23,552 bases of DNA, from positions 1 through 23,552 of the forward strand of contig JBHGNT010000475.1 of assembly GCA_043228905.1 (NCBI GenBank), read 5' to 3'. The stretch comes from Azolla caroliniana (lineage: Eukaryota > Plantae > Polypodiophyta). Shown here piece by piece: positions 1 to 8,181 of this stretch. The stretch's first letter is position 1. Every line of letters starts with the position of its first letter. Both the position numbers and the translations under genes were made by a program. The notes beneath the pieces are model-generated. The model had not been told where the DNA came from. It made no database searches and saw only the letters and a list, made by a program, of their open reading frames with translations.

Positions 1-76
1 AGAGTTACCTCGAAGGAAAAGTCATTAGTAGAACTTTGGGAGCAACATGTATGTCTGTTGTCCAACCGCATGGCTC

Positions 77-735
77 CTAATGTAGTTGGACATTGTTGTT
101 TTCCGAATGTTGGGATCCACTAGTTGGATTGTCCCGATAGACTTGTCGCAGATTTCTTTTGAGTGGGCAAAAACGAATTAGATGGGTAGAGACGCCGCAG
201 TATAGACATAGCCCATTGGTTTGTCGATGGTGTCGTTCGGCTCTGGTGAGTGGGGCTCAAGCTCGATCAATTTCCATCGGCATAGGATCATTGAACGATG
301 TCGTTGGAGAAGATCTCGTAGTCACTTGGGGTTGTACCATAGGTTTAACGTGGAGAAAGGGCGACAACTTGGAAGTCGCCCGATCCTCTTGTCAAAGTTC
401 AAAAAGGCAGTTGTCACAACTGACTGCTTGCTTGATGGCTTGCGATAATGAAGTCGGCTCCGGGAAGTTTAGTAGTAGATTCTTAACATCACTTCGAATG
501 CCCCGACGAAAATGGTCGCAAAGGGGTTGGTCATCCCACTGAACATCACATACCAATTGTCTAAATTTAGATGCATAAACAGACACTGGACACTTACCTT
601 GATGTAATGAATAGATTTTGGTAAGGCTTGTTCGATGTCGATCCGTATCCCCAAATGTCGCCTCAAACTCTTGTAGGAAATCAGGAAAATTATCGAGAAG
701 TGGCGATGATGTTTTGACCAAAGGTGCAAACCAAC
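77..735 (-). pseudogene. gag: Retrotransposon gag fragment (capsid domain plus CCHC zinc knuckle), with in-frame stops
   Basis: ORF 392..721 (SVYASKFRQL..WDDQPLCDHFRRG) continues by manual translation through PMPMEIDRA* to CLYCGVSTHLIRFC (CX2CX4HX4C). Confidence 0.85.
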
Positions 736-891
736 TTTGTATGATCTCTCTCTCACTCTCTTAGTATATAGCCTCGTTTACTTGTCTATGACAGTTTGTT
801 CACCTTGACTAAGGCCAAGGTGAACCCCTGTATTTATACATGTTTATGGGCTCTAAATGTAGCCCATGCAAAAACTCATTTTCATGCACAA

Positions 892-937
892 GCTTCTAGA
901 ATGTTCTAGCTTCTGGAGCTTTCCAGAAGCTTCTAAA
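892..937. promoter_or_regulatory. Heat-shock-element (nGAAn inverted repeat) array in LTR
   Basis: cTTCtaGAAtgTTCt and cTTCtgGAGctTTCcaGAAgcTTCt, about 55-100 bp upstream of the minus-strand TATA box. Confidence 0.65.
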
Positions 938-992
938 ATCCTACATGTAGAATAGATAATCTACAATAATCTAGTAAGGTAACATGATTATG

Positions 993-1061
993 AGTCGTAT
1001 GTATTGGTTAAAACATATCGATTAAATACAATAGGTCACGAGTTCGAATCATGACATGACT
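993..1061 (+). other. tRNA-like module (degenerate cloverleaf / Pol III A and B boxes) in LTR U3
   Basis: AGTCGT..ATGACT terminal stem; ATGT-attggttaaa-ACAT D-arm-like hairpin; AGGTC-ACGAG-TTCGAAT-C. TGGTTAA (1005) to GTTC (1042) is 37 nt. Confidence 0.6.
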
Positions 1062-1079
1062 GTTGTCATGTCCATGACA

Positions 1080-4000
1080 CTATGCCTGTATTGTGGCGGT
1101 CTAGGACATATAGCTGTAAATTGTCCACATAAACCTAGACGTCAAGTATACTAAGTAAGTGCCGATGACAACCCTACTTGGAGTTCCATTGCTACTTCTA
1201 ATAACATAAGTAAGCCTCATAGTCTATGCCATGAAAATAGATTCGATGTCTTGAGCCAATTAGAGGATGTGTTAAACGAGTAAGTCCGGCCAAAATAGGA
1301 GCCCTTTGGTTGGACCATCCTAGCTACGTAGAGTTAGTTCCTAGTCGTGGTTCCATTTCATCAAATCAAGCGAGTCGAGTTTTTTCTGCACAAGTCGAGC
1401 TTACCACATCTACATGTCATCGAGTCCTAGCCTCTACCCTCCTAGATTCTGGAGCCAACTCTTGTTTCATGGATAGTGAATATGCCTTGTCACAAAACAT
1501 CCTCTTGAATAAGTCCCAAGCCTAATAGCCGTAGGAGTCATTGATGGCTGTCCCATAGCATCAAGAGATATAGTCGAGGAGTCCGAGCCAATTCGGATAG
1601 TTCCTTGCGATTTGGCAAGCATAATCTTTTTCAACATTATTCGCAGTCCGGAACACCCAATAGTGCTAGGTCTCCCTTGGTTTGAATCCATAACCCGAAG
1701 ATTGATTGGATGAAAAGAACAATTGAGGAGACCTGGGAAAAAAGCACAAACCCCGCATCCCTCTCTCCGACATGTGATACTAGATCCCCTGAGTTATCGA
1801 CCATCTCTCTATGACAGTTGCGTGAGGAAGGGGGAAACGAGACCATGTTCGTCTTCGCAATAGTAGCAACTCCATGATCCACTTTACATGAAGCGGACAT
1901 TAAACTACCAGAGAAATACAAAGAGTTGTCAGATGTCTTTGATAAGGTAAAGGCCAATACATTGCCGGAGCATCGGCCATATGACTGCCCTATTGACTTA
2001 CAACCAAGGAAAGAACCTCCATGGGGCCCAATTTATAATCTCTCCCATGTAGAGCTAGAGACTTTGCGGGAATATATTGATGAGAATCTGGCAAACGGAT
2101 TCATTCAGCATTCTAGATCCCTTGCGGGCGTACCTATCTTCTTCGTTAAGAAAAAGAATGGGACTCTTTGGTTGGTCATGGATTATCGAGGGCTAAACAA
2201 AGTGACTATCCGGAATAGATATGCTCTACCGTTAATCCTGAATCTTTTGGAACGTCTCAGTGGAGCAAAATATTTCACAAAGTTAGACCTTTGCAGTGCA
2301 TATAATCTAGTTCGGATTCGCCTAGGGGATGAATGGAAGACAACTTTTCGCACTCTCTATGGACATTTTGAGTATACTGTGATGCCATTCGGTGTCACGA
2401 ATGCACCTGGAGTTTTCCAACATATGACGAATGATATTTTTTCGAGATTTTCTCGATATCTTCACTATAGTTTACCTGGATGATATTCTAATCTACTCGA
2501 AGACCCAAGAAGAGCATGATGAACATGTTCGTCAAGTACCGCGTCGACTTTGAGAATATGGTCTCTACGCAAAATTAGAAAAGTGTAGTTTCGGCCAGAA
2601 ACAAGTGGAATTTTTGGGGTATGTTGTATCATCAGATGGTATCGCTATGGACCCCATGAAGGTACAAGCAATTTTAGAGTGGCAAACGCCCCTTTCAGTG
2701 TGCGATGTGCAATGTTTTCTCGGGTTTGCAAATTTTTATCGAAAATTTATTAAAGATTATTCCAAGGTCGTGCTTCCGCTCACTCAACTCACACACAAAA
2801 ATCAGCCATTTATATGGAGTTCAGATGCAGCCGAGGCATTCGAAAGCTTAAAACAAGTGTTTACAACGACACCTATCTTAGCACATGTCGACCCAACAAA
2901 AGGCTTCATCCTTGATGCCGATGCATCCGATTTTGCACTAGGAGTGTCCTATCGCAAACTGGAAATGATGGACAACTACAACCTGTCTCCTTTTATTCCT
3001 AGAAGTTTGAAGCTGTAGAGGTAAACAACGAGATCCATGACAAAGAACTTCTTGCAATTGTGGATTCTTTTCAACAATGGCGACATTTTCTAGAAGGTTC
3101 TTCTTAGCAGATCATTGTTTACAACGATAATAAGAACCTGAGATATTTTCAAAATGCTCGAGTTTTGAGTCGGTGACAAGCCCGGTGGGCGCAATTTTTG
3201 ACTCACTTCGACTTTGTCATCATATATCGCCCTGGGATGCAGCAAGGCAAAGAAGATGGTCTTTCTTGGCACTCCTATATGAAACTTCGTCCAAGGGAAC
3301 CTGCATTCGAGCATAAAAAACAAATCCTTTTGGGTCCTAATCGCCTACGATTAATGGTAGTTAATGCCATAATAGCACTTGAAGGTTCCACTCTTCTTGA
3401 TTCCATTCGAGATCATATGGCCACTGATGAATTCGCCAAGGATGTTTTGGATCATATCGTCCCGGATCGTGCTTCTTGCTCACAGTTGAAAAACTCTCGT
3501 AATGATTATCGTCAGTTCTATTGTCATGGTGGTTTTCTGTTTCGGCAAAACCTATTGTATGTTCCTGATGGTCCCCCATGACCACAAGTTTTACAACATT
3601 TCCATGAGTCACCAATGGCTGGTTATTTTGATTTCGCAAAACTCAAGAATTGGTGGCCCCGCCTTCGTCATTTTGTTGAGTATGTTTGCAGTTTTGATAT
3701 ATGTTGTTGATCAAAGAGTTCTCGACACCAATCCTATGGCTTACTACAACCACTTCCCATTCCGGATATTCCTTGGAAGTCTATATCCTTGGATTTCAGT
3801 ACTGATCTCCCAGTTTCAAAAGGTTTTGATGCAATTCTCACCGTGGTGGATCGACTTACCAAAATGGCACACTTCTTGCCATGTACAAAGTCTTACTAGT
3901 CAAGAGGTGGTCGATCTCGTTATGCGGGAGGTATTTAGGCATCGTGGTCTACCGGATGATGTTATTAGTGATCATGGTCCACAATTCAATTCAAAGTTTT

Positions 4001-4748
4001 GGAAGCACATGTTCAAACTTTTCCACATTTCGGTTAAGCTTTCTTCGGGCTATCATCCCGAGACTAATGGCCAAACTGAGCGTACCAACCAGACTTTGGA
4101 GCAATATCTTCGTTGTTTCATCAACTATCAACAAGATGATTGGGTTGATTTTTTGCACTTGGCTGAATTCGCTTACAACAACTCAGGCCATTCTTCTATA
4201 GGATATTCCCCATTTTTAGCAAATACGGGTTGTCATCCTCGGTGGATGATGAATGCGCATCCACACGTTCCTACCAACTCTGCTGCTAAGGATTGTCTTA
4301 GTTGCCTCCAAGAAATTCATGCTACCATTCTCCACAATTTGCATGATGCTCAAGTTACACACAAGAGACTTGCGGATCGTCATCGCCTAGACTCCTCAAA
4401 AAAGTTCCGCGTTGGGGATCATGTATGGCTTCTCCAACACAACATCAAGACCACTCGGCCTTGTAGTAAATTGGATTACCAATGTTTTGACCCTTACATG
4501 GTAAGATAAGTGATGTTTCATTTCGTCTTGGGCTCTCTCCGCACATGCGTCTTCATCCGGTGTTTCATGTATCCCTTTTGGAACCTTATACTGCAAGTTC
4601 AATTCCAAGTCGTCTTACGACACCCCCACCACCTGTTGAGTTCTTGGATGCACCCGAATTTGAGGTTGTTGCCATTCTCGATTCTAAAATCGTGCGCAAC
4701 AAGCTATATTACTTGGTCGATTGGCTAAACGTGTCGGAAGGGGGATAG
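1080..4748 (+). pseudogene. pol: gag-pol pseudogene (zinc knuckle, aspartic protease, RT, RNase H, integrase, truncated chromodomain)
   Basis: LCLYCGGLGHIAVNC at 1080; LLDSGANSCF; [19 protein letters not shown]; YLDD at about 2474 after a frameshift; DASDFALG; SDHGPQF..HPETNGQTERTNQ; LHPVFHVSLL; FEVVAILDSK..YLVDW. Many stops and frameshifts. Confidence 0.93.
4736..4748 (+). other. Polypurine tract of element G
   Basis: GGAAGGGGGATAG immediately before TGTCATG at 4749. Confidence 0.85.
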
Positions 4749-4774
4749 TGTCATGATGACACTCACATCATGCC

Positions 4775-4843
4775 TCGAAAAGATTTGAACCCACGACCTT
4801 GTTGTACACATGTCAAATCCTTAACCATTGTATTAATATTCTC
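4775..4843 (-). other. tRNA-like module (Pol III A/B-box layout), antisense in LTR U3
   Basis: Minus strand reads AATGGTTAAGG...AGGTC-GTGGG-TTCAAAT-C. TGGTTAA (4827) to GTTC (4790) is 37 nt. Confidence 0.6.
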
Positions 4844-4881
4844 ATATGTATAGTTTTTAGAATATATAATCTAATATCATA

Positions 4882-5022
4882 GGAATATTCTATATTACTC
4901 TACATTCTAGAATAACCTAGAATATTCTAGAGTGTTCTATACACTAGAACCTTCTAGAATACTCTAGAAACCTTCTAGGTTACTCTACATTCTAGGATGA
5001 CCTAGAATATTCTAGAGTGTTC
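4882..5022. promoter_or_regulatory. Heat-shock-element array, partly duplicated at an 85-bp offset
   Basis: aGAAtaTTCtaGAGtgTTCt twice and aGAAccTTCtaGAAt. The block TTACTCTACATTCTAG.. occurs at 4895 and 4980, directly upstream of the TATA box. Confidence 0.65.
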
Positions 5023-5166
5023 TCTATTACTTATAAATAGGGATCTATCAGTCATCCCAAACCTAAATTGTTTCAATGCCATTTTGTAGCACTCTATTGT
5101 CTACTCCTTGTAATCCATTTTTAATCTCTACAATACAATATTTCCCTTTCTCTCTCTTTCACTCAC

Positions 5167-5169
<3 letters not shown>

Positions 5170-5205
<36 letters not shown>
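5170..5205 (+). repeat. (CT)n microsatellite
   Basis: About 18 consecutive CT units. Confidence 0.95.
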
Positions 5206-5206
<1 letters not shown>

Positions 5207-5445
5207 AAACAAAGATTATCCTTGTGAAGAGCCAAAAAAGAGATAAACCATGCATTATGTACAACAATGAGCCACTTGAATGTGTGGAAAGCTTCAAATA
5301 TCTTGGCCTTGAAGTTCCTTCAAATCATAGATGGAATGAATGTGCTACATGCCGCTTAGAGGCGGGCAAGCAGGCATACTATGCATTTGAGAACACATGC
5401 AATCGTGGAGATATTAAGTGTTGGGTCCTCAAGAAATATCCTTTT
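5206..5445 (+). mobile_element. Element I: non-LTR retrotransposon (LINE) ORF2 fragment, RT C-terminal/thumb region, part 1
   Basis: KTKII..PLECVESFKYLG motif typical of the LINE RT C-terminus; the frame joins part 2 once the solo LTR and one TSD copy are removed. Confidence 0.8.
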
Positions 5446-6098
5446 TGTTGGTAGACAGGTCCCTCCGGATGGGAAGGGAGAAGAACAGTGCCGACGAACC
5501 AACTCGGCCGAGGCCGACAGGCCGAGGCCGAAACGGTATGAACCGGATGAGGAGTACCCGACTGCGGAGAGTCGGATGGTGTAGGCCCGACTGCGGGAAG
5601 CCGGATGAGGAGTACCCGACTGCGGAGAGTCGGATAGTGTAGGCCCGACTGCGGAGAGCCGGATGAAGCCCATCAAGGCTACATTTGTAAATAGCCGAAA
5701 AGTCATATTAGTATAAATATGACTTAGGGCAAACCTTTAGGATCATGTGTGTGATTATTATTCTTCCTTGTTGGTGCAAGAAGAAATCAGAGCGCGTAAC
5801 TGTACAGAGAGAGAGAGAGACGAGGTCGTAGCCTCCGTTGTAACCGCCGCCTGTGGCGAAGATCTGTGAGCACGAGGTCGTTGCCTCAGTGATCTCACTG
5901 TTGTATTTTTCTACATAGAGACAGTTTGCAGCTTGTGGGCTGCCGTGGTTTTTCCCCTATTTTGGGGTTTTCCACGTATACCTCCTGTGTACTATTTTCT
6001 CCTCTTTTGTGTCACGTTTCATTGCCTGTTTTTCTGTGTATGTAAAGAATCTCGGTTGTGGCCGAGCGTCGGACATAAGGAACGTCAAGTTCCCAACA
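5446..6098 (+). mobile_element. Element J: solo LTR of a copia family related to element C
   Basis: TGTTGG...CCAACA termini; flanks CTTTT/TTTTT (5-bp TSD, one mismatch); shares blocks with the LTR at 11731 (AAGTCATAT..TATAAATATGACTTAGGGCAAAC, ACCGCCGCCTGTGGCGAAGA, CTCGGTTGTGGCCGAG). Confidence 0.9.
5543..5666 (+). repeat. Tandem repeat, 29-bp unit x4 (58-bp dimer x2), in solo LTR U3
   Basis: Alternating CCGGATGAGGAGTACCCGACTGCGGAGAG and TCGGATRGTGTAGGCCCGACTGCGGRRAG units. Confidence 0.92.
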
Positions 6099-6737
6099 TT
6101 TTTGACACTTTGGTGACACCGGTTCTTCCCTATGGGGTGGAAGTATGGGGCGGTAGTATCCCTAAATCTATGTGGAAAGAGTTTGAAAATGTCCAAAAGC
6201 ATTTTCTTACCAAGTTACTACAAGTTAAGAAACAAACACCCTACACCCTCCTCTTCCTTGAGACGGGATCGCTTCCCATTGAGATCATGGCCATGGAAAG
6301 GGTTGTTGAATACATGCTTAAGGTTCAAAAAAGTTCCTCACATCGACTTCCTAGAATTGCGTGGGAAGCAAGCAAAAAGATCCAAAAGACACATAAAAGC
6401 AAAGTTTTGTGTTCCGGTTGGATGCAAGATATAGAAAAATGGTTTGGTAGATGGGATACGAGACACTTGCTTCATGATGCATCATTAGATTCCTCTGTAA
6501 ATGAGGCATTTTTGCAACGCCAATGTATCATGACATGGGACAAATGTGGAGGCTCACGCTTCACACATTATACTACACATGTTTCACCTAACTACAAAAC
6601 CATATTCTTTGCGGAACGGGGAAATCATACACATCCATACATGTTAGAGCCCGTACCGTTATCTGCCATTCGAACCACTGCTTCCATGTGACTTAGCTCA
6701 CATGCATTGCGATGTGAAACAGGGCGTTGGGGTACAA
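6099..6737 (+). mobile_element. Element I: LINE ORF2 fragment, part 2 (post-RT C-terminal region), 3' truncated
   Basis: FDTLVTPVLPYGVEVWG, ETGSLPIE, *LSSHALRCETGRWG. It ends abruptly against minus-strand gypsy integrase sequence; the clade (RTE-X/L2-like) is uncertain. Confidence 0.8.
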
Positions 6738-7725
6738 GCTTCTGACCAAAAAGCAGTTTTGATGGCATAAATCCCGTAACAGAGTTGTGAGTGCATCTAT
6801 CAGCCCAGAGAGCATAAGGTAGCATGTCAGGTCACATAGAAATTCAACCATCACATGCTTTGACCAAAGCTTTCACAATTGGACCATGGCCCCTTTCCAC
6901 TTTACCATTTCCCTCTGGATTATATGCAGTAGCCAGAGTCAATCGGATCCCGAATCTTTGGAAGAACATTTGAGCCTCATCCGAACCAAGCTCCCCTCGA
7001 TCAGTTACAATTTGCCCAACATTACCATGTCTACAAATTACATCCTCTAATAAAAACTTTAGAACGGCCGATGTAGACTTTTTTCGGAGAGGTCTTCCTT
7101 CCACCAAGTTGGACAAATCCTCTCGAGCAAGAACCAAGTATTTCATTTGATTTAGACTAGTGTGCATATGAACTATATCCACCATCCACTAATAATGCAA
7201 TAAAGGTGAGTATGTCGGATGCAACTCATCTCTCACCTTGTCATCAGAATACATCGACATTCAATGCATGATTCCACATACCTTTGAATATCCGCATACA
7301 TTCCTTTCCACCAATACTGATCCTTAATCTTCAAAAATATATTTACCACTCCTTTATGTCTAGCCCAATGACTATCATGAAAATATGAAATAATCTTATC
7401 TTTCTGAACCTGTAAACTGATAGCTCGAGTTGGAGGATCCTTAACATTTCTTTGCAAGTTTCCAAAGATAACCATCTGTCAAGAAAAACTCATAACCTTC
7501 TTCCTGAATAACCAAAAATCCTTTGGTGTCCAATCAAGGCTTCCTTCTTGTGCTTGCAAGAATTTCCCGATTTGTAGTAACTCCCCTTCATATTCCTCCT
7601 CTCTAAATTTAGGCACCTGTACACCAATCTCATTACAAAAGAATCCATTGTCAAAATCATCCTCTGCACCAACTTCCAAGGCATATGAGGGACAATAAAG
7701 ATAATGATTGGCTCCACCAGTTGTG
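6738..7725 (-). pseudogene. pol: Element A: degenerate Ty3/gypsy integrase region
   Basis: FHDSHWARHKG..YWWKGMYADIQRYVESCIEC (HHCC), VDIVHM, VTDRGEL, YNPEGNGKVERGH, LPYALWADR; multiple frameshifts. Confidence 0.88.
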
Positions 7726-8181
7726 TATTAGAGATCTAAGTACTAAAGTAAGCTTAAGATAAGGATAAACAAATGATAGATAGAAAGGAGAATGAGAAAG
7801 AAGGGTGCCGATCCACCCGACCACCCCCGAGCGAAGGGATCGAGACGGACTCGAGCCTCGATCGGCGTCCCATACCACCGTCGTGGCGTCGAGTCGTACT
7901 TGGTGCTGGCGCACTCGCTACAAGAGTTGACCCACCACAAGAGCAGAGTCTCGATGTAGTCAAAAAGATGATCAAATGAGGGTAGCTAGGCCTCTTATTT
8001 ATAGCGATACCCAAGGCCCCCAGGCAAGTTCACACTTGACCTAATGGGTTGTCTCAATCCCGAGGATTAAAAGTAATCCTCCCCTTCTTTACACTCTCGT
8101 TTAACCCTCACACTTATCCACGTGTATAGAATACTACGGTAAATTCTCACCACGGGATATTAAATGGTCATGCCCGTAACA
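7726..8181 (-). repeat. 3' LTR of element B
   Basis: Direct repeat of 19556-20011; element strand TGTTACGGGC...CTCTAATA; TATAAATA at 8003-7996. Confidence 0.97.

Larger units (their letters stand above)
1..1079 (-). mobile_element. Element H: truncated Ty3/gypsy (Tcn1-like) element, 5' LTR fused directly to mid-gag; continues beyond the window start
   Basis: On the minus strand it starts TGTCATGG at 1079 and has TATAAATA at 838-831. It then runs straight into gag (WFAPLVKTSSPLL) near 735 with no PBS. It abuts the gag zinc knuckle of element G at 1080. Confidence 0.75.
736..1079 (-). repeat. Partial LTR of element H (U3 side retained, U5 side lost)
   Basis: TGTCA terminus, tRNA-like module, TTCnnGAA array and TATA box in the same order as the LTRs at 4749 and 22185. 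Left boundary is approximate. Confidence 0.7.
1080..5205 (+). mobile_element. Element G: degenerate Ty3/gypsy chromovirus (Tcn1-like), from the 3' part of gag to a truncated 3' LTR
   Basis: Domain order is zinc knuckle, protease, RT, RNase H, integrase, chromodomain, followed by a PPT and a TGTCA-starting LTR. Confidence 0.92.
4749..5205 (+). repeat. 3' LTR of element G, truncated at a CT microsatellite
   Basis: Starts TG after the PPT; TATAAATA at 5032-5039; no CA terminus seen before LINE sequence begins. Confidence 0.8.

Noticed and set aside
993-1061. Functional tRNA gene
   Set aside because: The anticodon arm and canonical T-stem pairing are broken, so it is reported only as a tRNA-like module.
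5933-6691. 252-aa ORF as a host gene
   Set aside because: It is a chimera of solo-LTR sequence read in frame into LINE ORF2.
7657-8014. Short ORFs duplicated at 19532-19844 (and 11868-12276 / 16570-16978)
   Set aside because: They are duplicated only because they lie in LTRs; there is no coding signature.
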